From Azolla caroliniana (lineage: Eukaryota; Plantae; Polypodiophyta), in the NCBI GenBank assembly GCA_043228905.1, contig JBHGNT010000008.1, forward strand, positions 19,344,001 through 19,408,000: DNA of 64,000 nt. The letters are read 5' to 3'. A model generated the notes under the pieces. The model was not told the origin of the DNA and ran no database searches. It saw only the letters and a list, made by a program, of their open reading frames with translations. This document shows positions 1 to 13,675 of the stretch, in pieces (position 1 is the stretch's first letter; every line of letters starts with the position of its first letter). The translations under genes were made by a program, and so were the position numbers.

Positions 1-1454
1 TTTCACAAGAAAAAAGTGGAGTGGTTGGAATTGAATGGTAAGCAATTATTGTTCAATACAAATTCATAAAAGAAAATAACTTTCACACTTTTCCCATTTC
101 TTCAAAAAACTTCTAAGAAAATGTTCCATGCATGGAGTTTTGTATATTTGCTTACTTAATGCTAATTATGAGTGTGGGTTTTGTAAGCAAAATTCATATT
201 GCCTCTCAACATGATAAGTTCAAGACAATTTAAAAGTGTCATGCAACTGAAATCACTTAATCCACGAATATAGGCATGAAAAATAGAAGAAGTCGATGAT
301 CATCATGGCTTTTTGCATATTTGTGTCAATGATCTCAAACTAAAATGATGAAATAGGTTTGTAATGTGTGTATGTGTATTCGTTGTTACCCTTAGCAAGT
401 CATTTGTCAATGTAATGTAATGCATTAACAAATGGTATGTTTAATACATGGAACATGATGCTTAGCTAAAGCACATCAAAATATAAAATGTTCTTGATAT
501 AACCCAATGGACTTACATAGCCTAGACTAAACATAAACTTGGGTCTGGAGGAAAAATTACAAATGCAATTTATTTTCTCTATCAGAATAGCGAGTCATCA
601 TGCATATATGACATAGAGAATTAATAATCCATGGTTAGTAGGTAAGTTGGTACCTTGGAGTTGCCCACTAAGCGCTTTATATTGTTTACTATTAGTATTG
701 TATCATTACTGGAATAGATCTTGTTAGTTTGCACTTATCAGGATCGAGAGGCCAAACAACCTACTATTGGCACTAAATGAATGAGGGAGGGTGTATATCA
801 ATCTTGAGGAACATGCCATCTTCCTAACCTCAATCTTGCATTAAAATTAAACAATGTTGGATGTTATTTTCCTTGTTAATATAGTTTTCTTGTTTTCTGT
901 CTATCTGTGTCATCTCTCTCTCTCACTCATGCACACGCACACGCACACACCCCTTCCGTTGCACAGAATCACACTCGATTCTTTACAAGTATGAGCATAT
1001 GCACTACGTTTTATGTGAATGTAAGGAACATAGTAGGTAAGTTGAACACATTGGTAGCCAAAGTGAAGTGGGCAAATGCGTTTTCTTTGTGTTTTGATTG
1101 TATGATTTTCATTTCATTTATTTTCTTAAGTGTAAACTAGAGGTGGTTGTAGCTTGAGTGATGTGGCAAGTTCAACGTTGGGTGATGTCAGCTAACATTG
1201 TTACGAATAGTTTAAGTGGAACCACTAGGGACTTGAACCAGAGAGGATTTGTTGTGGGTTGCGAACTTGAATTGTTGTCTTGAGAAGATTTATCTTAGTG
1301 CTTTTGACTATGTATTCATACATAAGATTTATATACGAGAAATTAAATACTCAATAATAGCTACCTTGGTAAATATAACATTACACCTCTCTATAGGTGT
1401 AAGATTTGAATCTCACTTTACATGATTACATTTAGGTGGCACATTAGGCCTACA

Positions 1455-1735
1455 CACATGGAATCTTTGAGGTGGAGGATGAGGAGAATCTTTGAGGTGG
1501 AGAATGTTGGAAGAGAATTCTTGAGGAGAAGGTTGGAGGAGGAGAATGTTTTAGGTAGAGAACATCAGATGTGGAGAATGTTAAATGAGGAAAACGTTTG
1601 AGGTGGAGAATGTCATATGTGGAGAATCTTGGACATGGAGAATGCTTTGATGAGGAGAATGTTTGAGATGGAGAATGCTTGAGGAGGAGAATGTTGAAGG
1701 TGGAAAATCCTTTGAGGAGGAGAATGTTCAATCTT
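1455..1735. repeat. Degenerate short tandem repeat (GAGGwGGAGAATGTT-like units)
   Basis: Many diverged copies of gaggaggagaatgtt / gaggtggagaatg. The overlapping ORFs are just low-complexity translations of the repeat. Confidence 0.7.
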
Positions 1736-2714
1736 CTCACCTCGTGATTGGAATAGTGTTCTGGAAGATCCAACAAGAGCCTTGTAATGAACTCTTCCTG
1801 TCAACAATTTGAGTTTCTTGATGCAGTAAATTGAGGACTTGTCTTTTCACGAATCTTGCTTCAAATCAGCATAAGTTTGCACTTGAAACTCATTCACAAA
1901 TTGAAAATTCCAACATGATCCTTGACTATTGAGAATAATACTATGTGGTGGATTTCCAAAATTTATTTGATATGAAAACCAGAAAAAAACCAATTACTTC
2001 GAAGATTAAAAAATCAGTTTAAATACAAATGACATAATTCTCGACTCCATTACATGGAGTGGATTGAAAGGTAAGAATATAAGAAGATAGAGATGTAGGA
2101 ATTGTGGTTCATGTTTTGGAGGGCTATTCTCGAGTTTTTATTTAGATTGATTGGCAAAATGACTTTGTTGCCTCTTGTCGTTTGTGATCCCTAATGCTCT
2201 CATGATTCACTACTCCAAACTCATTTGAGATTTCGACAACGCTTCCGTCTTAATACAAAATTTGACCCCAAACAATTAGCTTTCCTTTCCCTTTTATAGG
2301 TTTTAAGAGGGCCCTTACCAAAATAATAAGTTTCTTTTTGTAGCACTTGACCTTGAGACTAAACTATGCAAAATTTTTACGCCCATTTTACATCAAAAGG
2401 TTACACTAGGAGCACAATTTCATAGGGTTGAATATCATATTGGACAATGAAAGGAGACAAGTGTTCTATAATAAGCAACAATACATCTTAATACAATGTT
2501 AGAGCCCATCCAACGTTTGCCATTCGAACCACTGCTTCCATGCAACTTAGCTCACATGCATTGCAATGTTAGACGGGGCATTGGAGCACAAGTGATGAGT
2601 GTGGTCGACGATGCACACTTTGCCCTAAACAAGTTCGAGAGTCTAAGTATCATACTTTGATACAATGCTCTACCTTTGATCATATTCGACCATGCTTTCC
2701 ACACATCTTCACAT

Positions 2715-3277
2715 GCTACTCACTTTCACATGTGTCACATGAAATGTAATATTTTTGGTCTCATAGGTCATATTTGACCTTTGAAGACAATAATAGAATC
2801 TATCTATCTTATGTGAATCCCCTCTTATATAATTTGTGCTCAAAATACCAAGGCAAGGAGAAGGCTCCAACAAGGCAAAAGCTCAAGGAGGTGAATGTTC
2901 CAAGGGAGCAAATATTCGGCTTCTACGACCTTCCTTCACTTTTCTCCTCACGCACAACAACTCGACGTAGAGTAGAAATGATAAAGAAGATAAAGGAACG
3001 TGAGCTACACTGCCTAGAAGCTATGGTTGGGGTACCTCTTACATTGGGACCACATGCCACATCCACATTGAAACCCTTTGACCTCCCGCTTCTTTTCGAG
3101 GGACTTGGATGGAAATGAAACTAGGCCCAGTATAAAACCATTTCCTTATAGAACATGTTTTTTTAATAGAACCATCTAGCTTAAGCTCTATTTTATTTTG
3201 TTTTTTTTTTTTTTTTTCCGATGAATGGGTAAATACCCCATTTTTGTTGTAAACCAATTGTCTAATGGGCCAAATTT

Positions 3278-3313
<36 letters not shown>

Positions 3314-3484
3314 TCTCTCTCTCTTTTCTAATTAGCTAACCTTGTGGTAAGTCGTTACACTACAAGCACTACATCTTGGGTTCGAAACCTAATTTTCGCA
3401 CTTCTCTATTACATACTTCATACATGGCTCTTAATTCACTAGATGCCATTGTAGAATGTAGGGGTTGAAACCATGGCATCATGG

Positions 3485-3526
<42 letters not shown>

Positions 3527-5540
3527 GAAAGCACTTAATAATGGACAATCACGAGGTTAACATTAATACACTTTTATTTATATAATGTACACTAGATTAA
3601 GACCAAAATTGCAAATAATTACACAAGAAATTACCCTTAATACATGTTAGTGTTTACAAAACTATCACAATGATTATGATGGTTTTTACAAAACGATATT
3701 TACACTTAAACTAGAATGAAAGATAGGTAGTGGTCAAGTTTTCGGTGAAGATTTGAGTTTAGTTGTGTCACCGAGGCTTCGACTACCTTCGACTATGATG
3801 CCTCTTTGCCGAAGCAATGTCCTTGGGCCACTTGATACTCCCTTCTACGACCAATGGGTGAATGAACCAAACCCTTTCCTTCGAAAGCCTTTTAGCATAA
3901 AAAATGCAAAAAAGAATATTTCCTCTATATGCAAGGGTAGAGATGCAAACGCTCCACCCCTTGTAAATAATTAATGGCATTAACCATTAAGCCATTTACA
4001 TTTTGCTATTATGTTTATATGTTCACATATACATATTCACACTTTGTAGTTGTCCTCCTTTTTGTGTTTTTCCACATATTCTATCTTCAAATACGCCACA
4101 TCATAAAATCAATGGTCAACGGTGGAAGGTGGCGAGCAACGACAAACATGAGCTAACAACTACACATGATGGCGAAGAATAATGGGTGACGACGACAAAG
4201 AAGGGTCGACAAGAACGAAGGTGATGGAGCAACTTGGAATCGAGGGTGCAACCCTTGATTCTAAGGTTGGATATTATAACATTGATGCGTTTTTTATCCT
4301 TCATTGGGCATCTTTCAGTAGACACGATGCCGGCCATGAGTTGAGTGTGTTTGATAAGAGTGTACATGTTCAACCCCATGTACAATGGTTAGCATCGTAA
4401 TTATGGCATATTCTCACATCATAAAATGTTACATGCAAGCTTGAACATGAAAGAAAGAAGAAAAAAACATAATACAAACTCGTCTTTGACCAAAAGTTAA
4501 CACATCATACTAAAGGAAAGGAAAAGAGAATGAAAAATATTGGGTTTTGAGTTTGACAACATCTAGTGTTCCCTCTATTCATCCATTAACACTAGTCCCT
4601 TGATAACATTTGTGAATATACCCTTCACTTATGTTTTGTAATTGTTAATGACCTAGCCTCACCTACGTTATGCATACATAACACTATCTCAGGTAGAGGC
4701 AACATGTAGCCAAGTGCCAAATAACAATTGAAGTTCATAAAAAAGGGCGCTATGGATGCAAATGTACTAAGCAAGATGTGTGCTTGGGATTCACAGATGA
4801 GTGGTTTCTTTTAATGATATGAGACCACTACATGCTTGATATGGGGACACGACAGAGAGAATGTTTTAATGTGTTTAGCATTGGCATTCTAGGATAGATA
4901 GATAGATTCTATTATCATCTTTGGAGGTCAAATATGACCTGACCTATGAGACCAAAAATATTACATTTCACGTGATACATGTGAAATTGAGTAGCAACTC
5001 TCCAATGAATGTTGCAATCGAGAGTGCGCATTATGGTTTTAAGAGAGAGGGGGAGAGAGATTAATGTCTTCTAAGACTAAAATTGGCCCATGAGACAATT
5101 TGTTTACAACAAAATGGGGTGTTTGGGGTTTGGGGTTTAGGATTAGAACTTAAGCTCAAAGAGTTCTAGTATTGTACAAAATGTGTTATATCGTAACATA
5201 TTCTATAAAAGAAATGGCTTTGTACTAGGCCTAGTTTCATTTCCATCTAAGTTTCTCGAAAAGAAGCGGGAGGTCAAAGGGTTTCGATGTGGGTGTGGCA
5301 TGTGGTCCCAATGTAGAAGGTACCCCCAACCATAGCTTCTAGGCGGTGTAACTCATGTTCTCTTATCTACTGAATTGGTTCTACACCACGTCAAATTGCT
5401 TTGAAGCCCGACATATGAGGGTGTTTGGTTTTTCTTTGGTTTGTGGTGTAGGTGTGTCCACATTCATCATCTCCCTGTGACTGAAAGATTCCATTGGTGA
5501 CATGTTGGTATTTATCTCTAATGTTGTATCTTATAGTTTG

Positions 5541-5571
<31 letters not shown>

Positions 5572-5730
5572 TTTCCCTAATGGAGACTAGGAGGTCATGG
5601 GTTCAACCCCTACATTCCACAATGGCATCTAGTGAATTAAGTGATATGTATGGAGTATGAGGTGAGAAAATCAGGTCTTGAACCTAAGATGTAGTGCTTG
5701 TGTGGAATAACTTACCACTAAGGTAAACTA
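2715..5730. repeat. Three sequence modules each repeated in inverted orientation (about 2715-2810/4890-4997, 2960-3282/5074-5395, 3338-3476/5596-5725)
   Basis: Examples: 3071 aaaccctttgacctcccgcttcttttcgag is the reverse complement of ctcgaaaagaagcgggaggtcaaagggttt near 5255; 3433 aattcactagatgccattgt pairs with 5619 acaatggcatctagtgaatt. Confidence 0.8.
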
Positions 5731-7126
5731 TGTAATTAAGAGATAAACAATCATATTGATATTTTTTAACTATTAAAATGTTTATAAAAACACAGTGAAA
5801 TTCTAGCTTGTGGCTTACATGCAACATCATGAAATTCTATGATTTGAATATAGGACACATAACTAGTAACTATAAAATATAAACTATGTTTCATGATCAT
5901 CACTTTCCAAACCACCAAAACTGCTTTAAATTTATCCTCCAAAGTTCTTTTTCAAGTAACCAATCTTTTTAAAGTGTGGCCCACTCAACTATTCCTTTGA
6001 TTGGTTCCAACCAGAATTTTACATTACGCCGATCATTTGAAAACGATAACAATAAAAAACGAATTGAGAATAGGAGAATAATAGAAGATGCTTAAAAGTT
6101 GTTAATTATTGTAGGAAAAATTTGGTAGGCTATACATATATCAACTATAGTTTCAATCTAATCTGTCACCAAGTGTCGACATGTGATGCTTATCTAGAAT
6201 AGACATATAAACTCTTGATTTTCCAGATTCCACACTCTTTAAAGAAGTAGAATAGCTTTAAATGGTATCACATGATAGCTTTAAATGGCATTGCGTGGCT
6301 AGAGCGATTTATACTTATCACTTATTCCCAAATAATAACTTCGAATGAATCGTCAACAAAGACATATGACATTGATGAAAGTTGTGAAAGTTCAAGCTTT
6401 TGGCATTTTCAAAATATGCATATATACAAGCAAGATCGAGCCATAGTTTTTCAAGAGAACAAAATACATGTAAAAGCAAAAGATTATCCTATCCCACCAT
6501 GGCTTTTTTTAAGAAAAGCTCTCATTTTCTCTAGTTATATGCTTGGCCACAAACTAGAATGTACATACATTGCAAGTGGAATCAAAATAGATTAGAAAAA
6601 AAATGGAAGGGTGAATAGTGGAAAGGAAAGGCAGATTCTTTCACAAAAGATCGATTTTCTATCGAAAGTTAAGGGATTCACTAATATTGGGCTGCGAGTG
6701 AAGGCTATGTGGGCTTACATAATTTATAAGAATCATCTACTCAGAAGACTACAATTATCTAATTTGAAAAGAAACATTCCAGGAAAAGGAAACCTAAACA
6801 AATATCGTGGATTCGAGAGGTCATGCCACGTATCCGGGGATCATCTTTACTCAAAAATACTTAGATGGGCATTTTGAATAGAAATCTTAACTATGGATAA
6901 CACCACATAAAAATAAAAGGATTGCCAGTTGAAAACAAAAGGATTGCCAGTTGCATGCATTGGATCAAAGTGTTGGGCCACAAGACAAAGTTGGCAAGAT
7001 AATGTCTTTTTGGTGGCAAGTGGTGGCAATTGGAGGGCCCCATTGGATCAATTAATTTTACCCTGTTTCTGGTTGAGGAATTTTTGTATATAAACACCAT
7101 TGGATCTCTCTCTCTCTCTCTACCAG

Positions 7127-7320
7127 AATTGCAATCAATCCATCAGATCAAATTGATCCATTGCATCATAAGCCATTTAACAACAAATAGCCTTTCTTAT
7201 GAGGGAGATCAAATTGATCCAAAACACCAGAGAGAACCCACTGCAATCAATTCATCAGATCAAATTGATCCATTGCATCATAAGCCATTAACAACAAATA
7301 GCCTTTCTTATGAGGGAGAT
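7127..7320. repeat. Local direct duplication of about 75-80 bp
   Basis: catcagatcaaattgatccattgcatcataagccatt(t)aacaacaaatagcctttcttatgagggagat occurs at about 7141 and about 7253. Confidence 0.8.
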
Positions 7321-7953
7321 TCCTATCCAAAATACTACAAATGCTTTCCTTTGAGGAATCGGTTTTGTTTGCTGTTGGATTCTTTGCATTTCCATTAACA
7401 TTTGATATCATAACACATTTTAATTTTGTTTGCTATTGAATTCTTTGAATTTCCATTGACATTTGATATCACAAGAATTTTTAATTTCATCTATGATATA
7501 GCCATGAATTGATTCGATCCATGTCTTGTTTCGAATCAACATAAACTTCTTTGCATTGTTTTTACTTTCCGATTCCTTTCTTCAACATCACCCAAACCCT
7601 TCGATATTCAGCCGCACATTTTTTGTAGCCCATCTCTATCCCTGTTTTTCAGAAGAAACAGGCAAAAAGATTCTGTGCATAGTGACTTTCGCTGTACATT
7701 CTCCTCTTTGCTAATTTATCCTAGATCAATCATCAATCATTGATCACTCATATTTTCCCATTGATTGTTCATTTATCAAGAAATCCCTCATCGATTGTTG
7801 TATCCATCCATCAAACATACCTTGATCATCGAGCCATCAATTAATCCAACAATAAACAATCAGTCTTCAATCATCTGTTTGTTTGCAATAATTGATCCAA
7901 TAATAAACCATCTGCCTTCAATAATTCAATTGCAAATAATCAAGTCAGAAAAC

Positions 7954-8385
7954 ATGGCGACCTGTCTCTGCTCTCCAACATCTCACGCAGGCTCCTTCCG
8001 ATGCCGTTTACATAGAAACAATGGCAACTATAGCCATGTGAGGGAAGCTATGTCAGAAACCTCCGGCGTATCTAAGAATAACAACAAGAAGAAAAAGCTG
8101 AAGCCAAACCATCCTGGGAAGGACAAAGAAAGAGCTTTCGAAGGCCCCATCATCATCCCCGTAGGCGGCTTCGATCCGTACTTCTCCAACGCTAATCATA
8201 GCTCGAGTAAAGGGAGCGGTTCTGCAGCGATGGTGAAGAGATTCAAGCAGAGAGTGTTTGGAGCGTCGAGAGGCCATCGGGGCCGCCATCTCCTTGAAGG
8301 TAGAGATCGGAGGATAGGGAAGAGCAGGCTAGCTCAAATGGCTTCTTCGCGAGAAGAGGAAGAAGCAGAGTCTGTCAAACCCTAG
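7954..8385 (+). CDS. Small plant protein (143 aa) with N-terminal CxCSPTxHxGSFRCRLH motif (serine-rich protein-related family, function unknown)
   Basis: In-frame ATG in aacATGG context at 7954 gives MATCLCSPTSHAGSFRCRLHR, the hallmark of this intronless land-plant family, with an SRLxxM motif near the C-terminus. The longer ORF call from 7765 starts at a TTG in UTR-like sequence. Confidence 0.75.
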   Translation: MATCLCSPTSHAGSFRCRLHRNNGNYSHVREAMSETSGVSKNNNKKKKLKPNHPGKDKERAFEGPIIIPVGGFDPYFSNANHSSSKGSGSAAMVKRFKQRVFGASRGHRGRHLLEGRDRRIGKSRLAQMASSREEEEAESVKP

Positions 8386-8439
8386 AAATCTCCTCTCCTC
8401 TGCAGGCACTGCAGAAACCCTAGAAAGGATTTTAGGGTT

Positions 8440-8830
8440 TCACACACTTGGGCAGGCAAATAGAAGGAAATAGATTTCGTTTCACACTTGGGCGGACAAA
8501 TCGAAGGAATTTTTGGTTTCACACTTGACCGGACAAATCGAAGGATTTTAGGCTTTCCATACTTTTGGGCGGACAGAAAGGGAAGGAAGGGGGATTCTCG
8601 CTATTCTTGTCAAGGAGGACCTGAAGCGTGGGTGGGCAAAATAGAAGGATTTTCCATCTCTTGGGCGAGCAAAATAGAAGGATTTTTCGTCTCTTGGGCG
8701 GACAAATAGAAGGATTTCCCGATTTCACACTTAAGCGGACGAATCAAAGGATTTTAGGCTTTCCACACTTGGGCGGACAAAAAGGGAAGGAAGGGGATTC
8801 TAGTTATTCTAGTCAAGGAGGACTTGAAGT
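8440..8830. repeat. Degenerate tandem repeat (cttgggcggacaaatmgaagga units) with a higher-order duplication of about 190-210 bp
   Basis: About 9 copies of ttgggcgg(a)caaa(a)tagaaggatt; block 8515-8630 recurs at 8722-8830. Confidence 0.75.
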
Positions 8831-9554
8831 GTGCTTAGTTTTCACGCATCCAAGGCACTATCACGAGGACAGGTTATATTCTGGTTATAACTCTCTGGAA
8901 TAAGTAGTTGGGTCTCTATCTCTGTCTCTGTCTCTCCATACCTGTTTGCCACACACCCACTAGCTATGCATACTTGTCAACCTCAGACTTTATCACTAGC
9001 TTACGAGCAAAATCAAAACCAAAAAAAGGAAAGAGAGTACGTTGTGCATGCATGTATGTGCATATGCACATACTTCTCGTCGGCCTCCGACTCTAGCACT
9101 AGTTTACAAGCAAAATCAAAGCCCCCTAAAAAAGGAAAGTGAACACATTGTGCGCACATGTATGTGTGAATATATGCTCGACATTCTGACATGTACGTGT
9201 GGGTGTGGTTTATGCTCTCGACTGACTGTCATGAGATTTGTTCGACAACTTTATCTCTCGTCTCCCTTTTTGTCTCTCTTTATCTACACCCTTTCTCTTA
9301 TCCGCTTTGCGGGGTAAAGTTGGACGGCCAAATGGAGGAGTTTTGGTGGCTGCACCGACACCTATCATGGGGACTCTCTCATGACATTCTTTTTCTAGGT
9401 TCTATCGGTTGTGTTTCTGGCTTCACGAAGTTGTTGGCGTAGCATCGCCACCCTTGCCTCTGTCATGATGTTTGTATATAAAATTTCGTTGAGTAGTTTG
9501 GCTTTTCTTTTCTGTTTTCGATCCCATGCAAAATGTGATATACTAATTAGTGGT

Positions 9555-9925
9555 CATATAGAAATATCCATTTGCATTTCGAATTTAACTAACAAGTTAG
9601 AGCACAATGTTTCCATGGTGACATGCCACTTAGAGATTAATGTCGACATATCCACTTGCACTTCAAATTTCACTGACAATTTAGAGCACAATGTTTCGAT
9701 CGTGAAGTGCCAATTAGAGATTTAACATTGAAATATCCATTTTGTGCTTCAAATCAATGAGCAATTTTTGAAGTGCGACAATTAAACGTACACAGTCTCT
9801 TGCACTTCGAATTTAGCTAGCAATTTAAAGGACAATGTTTCCATGGCAAAATGCCAGTTAGAGATAATATTGAAATATCCATTTGCGCTTCGAATTAATG
9901 AGCGATTTGAAGTGTGACAATTAAA
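9555..9925. repeat. Degenerate tandem repeat (ttagagattaa..tgaaatatcca / gcacttcgaattt units)
   Basis: Recurrent gagcacaatgtttc, ttagagatt and gaaatatccattt motifs. Confidence 0.55.
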
Positions 9926-11215
9926 TTTACAACATAAATGGGCATGTTATGTCAATCCTATTTTAGTGTATAATCTATTTGAGATGGCCTTCACATTTCA
10001 ATAGAAACATAATTATGCTATTTTCATAGTCTTGTAATTTTCTCGTACCATACAAAGTGTACGCAGATTTGGCTTCATGTTTTTATCTCTAGTAACATTT
10101 AAACTATAAAATACAAGCCAATCATGTTTTTTTTGGGCCTCTCAATAATACCATGCTTTTTCCTACTCCTTTTCCTTTTAACTTTTTTCTTTTTGAGGGA
10201 TGTTGGACGGAGTATCTATCAATAATACAAGTTTTGGAAGCTAGTCCATTAAGTGCAATTTGGCGAAAGCGATACTTTAGAGATTTTTCCCTTGTCCATG
10301 TTCAAAATTGTTTAGTTCTTGTTTATGACTCCTTTCTTGCTACTTTCCTAGTCCATTTCCAACCTTGTTTTGGATTGTGCTCCTCATCTTTGCTTGTTCC
10401 TAGTGTTACCCATGTTCATGTCTCTAGTCAAAGCTTCATGTCCTCAATTTGTTGCATGTTTCTAGACATGCCTTTTGTAACTCTTGCAATTGAAACATTT
10501 TCCATCTTTTGGACATCACTCAATGGGTAATTTGCATGCACTAATTAGACTATTTAGAGCTGGTATTGACATCCCATCAATTATCAATATGTTGATTAGC
10601 TACCCTCAATGCTCTACGCTCAAAATTTAATTTCTTTGTTCCTTTTGCACTCTTCCTTGATCATCCTTTGTTATCCCCATTCAACAAATCCTAGTTCTGA
10701 GACTTGGCTTAAGAAGCTTCACATGCTCTACCATGATCTTCAACAACACCTTCCCTAGGCTCAAGCAATTATCTTCATCATAATGAACATGATCCCTAAG
10801 AACCCCCACCTTTTGTGGTTAATGACGCTATTTTGCTTTTGTGCTAGGATTGGTTGATAACTTGTCCTTGTAACAAGCTTGACTAGCACGTGGGACCTTA
10901 CAGATCATTGATCAAGTTGTCCATGTCACTTTTCATTTGGAGTTTCCACCACAAATTCATCTTCACACAATGTTGCATGTTAGAGTATCTATTGTATGCT
11001 TCACTGGCATCTCTAAATGAGGCAACAAAGTAATGGGAGAGAAATAATGGAGAATATGTCCAAAGTTCAAACTAGGATAGTCACAATGACACATAAATAT
11101 GAGGTGAGTACAACTCTCAACTTTTTGGTTCTTTCCATTTATTCACTTTCCCTATATAAGACTTGGGTACACATGCGCGCGCACACACTTACACACACAC
11201 ACACACACACACACA

Positions 11216-11246
<31 letters not shown>

Positions 11247-11566
11247 TGAAAACACACAATTATATTAATAAATGTGTGTAAAAAACACTACTTACAATGG
11301 GTGTGAGACTGTGTGACAATGGAGTATGGTCACCCACTAACTACACTACATGGGTAGTGGAACATGTTGAATTGCCAATAGGCAGGACGAACACTCCCCT
11401 GAGGAAAGAATTTTCACTTACTCCAATAAAGAAAATTGCCACATTAGTAATCCCTTTAACTTTCGTAGATATGCACCATCGAATACAAAAGCGTTGCACA
11501 TGTTCCAATTATGATGCAATTCCCAATATCATAGAAATAGAAAAACGATCTCCATCTCTGATTTTG

Positions 11567-11610
<44 letters not shown>

Positions 11611-11619
11611 TAAATAATA

Positions 11620-12714
11620 GCTTTCATTACAAAAGGCAAAATACCACCATGGCTAACAATGGAATTTAGATCTACACCTCCAAGACTAACTTACAACAAA
11701 ATTTGGTCCTTGGATTTGTTTTACAAAGAAGTGATTGCCAACCAACATAAGAATCCAATGACAAGCATAATGACATGCTACCTAACATACATCACTCTTC
11801 ATGTGATATATTCCTCAAATTTTCTAAGAATGAAAATTGCCACAAAGAAATCCTTTTAACCTTGTTACATATTTCTTTGCCCCAACTTACAAATCCAAAG
11901 TAAAGGCATTTTTCATGCTCCAATTGAACCATAACCCCCAATAACTTAAGTATTCCCAAAACCGTTGAAATGGGGTATCAATCCCCTAAATTCCATATGC
12001 AAAAAACCAATTGAATGGAGATCTTACTACTCTTAGTTAGAGACATCCATAACACATTGATTACCTTCCATTCTTGCTATTGAACAATAAACAAATCAAT
12101 GATTGCTATTATCCACTTCAATTGAGCAAAAGAATAGCAATCCCCGAAGGCAAAGCAAGGACCATAATCTCAAATGAATAACTGTTGTCAATATTAATCA
12201 AGTTTGCTAATCCATGACAATCACATGATGCCACCAACATATAGGTTCTTGGAATCCCCATACATTTATAACTTTTTCACTATCCACAATGTAAGGCATT
12301 TCCCAAAGGCAAGGCCCCACCATAATCCTCCAAATTAATAAATCTCAATGTTAATTGAGATTACTAACCCACCTCAATCACATTATGCCAACACAATATA
12401 CGCTCTTGGAATCCCCAAACTTTTGTAACTCTTTCATCCATCCATATTTGTCTCCCAATTATTTGGTCATAAACATCATTTGTAGATATTCTAACAATAC
12501 TCCTATCCTAACAAATCCAAGTCTTGAACAAGAAGTTTGATTGCAAAATAGGCCAACGTTCGAATGGGAGCTCATGTATGATAGATATGCAATGTTGCAT
12601 AGAGAGGAGATCAACACCATAGAAAAAGAGATAAACCTTTGGTCCATCCATCTACTCTATGAGACAAAATCAAAAGCTATGATGCTTGAAATAAAAACCG
12701 TAATAGAAGAAAGG
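11620..12714 (-). pseudogene. Probable old LINE (L1-like) ORF2 relic, left part; apparently continues at 50146-50700 across the nest
   Basis: The right flank of the nest reads on the minus strand as a degenerate W..C.PK..GG and YxGLP-like LINE RT C-terminal region. Both flanks join through the AAAGG TSD. Heavily decayed. Confidence 0.35.
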
Positions 12715-12785
12715 TGTAAAGAAGGTGAGACGTAGGTGGTGTTATGCGACGGAAGCGAACTCTGTGTATTTGAGTACACTTGAGG

Positions 12786-12837
<52 letters not shown>

Positions 12838-13153
12838 CACGAGACTCTATTAAGAAAATAATAGTTCTATGTAATACTTTGTACATCGTATGTGTTCAGT
12901 GAACACTTTTATACAAGTCCATACGGACTGATAGAAGTACGATGTACTTCAATGCTCACACAAGCATCTAACACTAACTATGAGACATTAACTACCTAGT
13001 AGTCTAGGCTGCTACTAGGCTTCCAGTTACTGATGGATCCGGCTAACCGGCTCCCCAGCTCACCGACTCACCGATCCGGCTCATCCTTCCGGATGCCGAT
13101 CCGGCTTAGGCTTATTCAGCCGATCCGGATCCGGTTGAGCTTGCCACTCAACA
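12715..13153 (-). repeat. Chimeric LTR (Z-type left of the GA run, A-type right of it), with PPT at 13154-13167
   Basis: Left part matches 49821 ff.; right part matches 18314-18399 plus 43014-43247. Adjacent ctccccgtcaagct is the minus-strand polypurine tract. Confidence 0.85.
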
Positions 13154-13675
13154 CTCCCCGTCAAGCTCAACTTGAGGTCGGATTGTAGTGTTAGTCTCCA
13201 TGGCAGCCAAACCTTCCACCCGGCTCCTTCTGGAGTCACTCCGCCTTGTTCGCACTCCTCGTCCGGTCCGGTCCCGTTTGCCACGACCCCTCTGGTTCTG
13301 CGCGCCTCGACCTCCCGGTCGGCTTGTTTGCTCAACAGGCCCAATTCAGCTACCTCGCTGCTGTGACTCCGGCGCTTGTTGACCCACCGGTTCCTCCGTG
13401 TTGGCGTCGACGTCCGCTGCATTCTCGTTCGCTTGACCTCCAGTTGATCCGGTTCTTTCAAATTTGTCTGTTGAGCCGAATCGGTTGTCTCCGACTCGTT
13501 CCAGCTCTTGTCCGAATCGGTAGCTCCCAATTCGTCTTCTGGTTTCAAGCCCTTCACCACATCGGACCAGGTTCGGGTCTTGGCCTTCTTCTTCTGGTCA
13601 GCTCTGTCCTTCTTGACTCTGCTGCCGCTGCCGCTTGCTCCAACTTGTTCGGATGTGTCAACTTCCTTTGTCGAC

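Noticed and set aside
10500-10950. Possible Gypsy protease/gag relic
   Set aside because: Too degenerate to establish motifs by eye.
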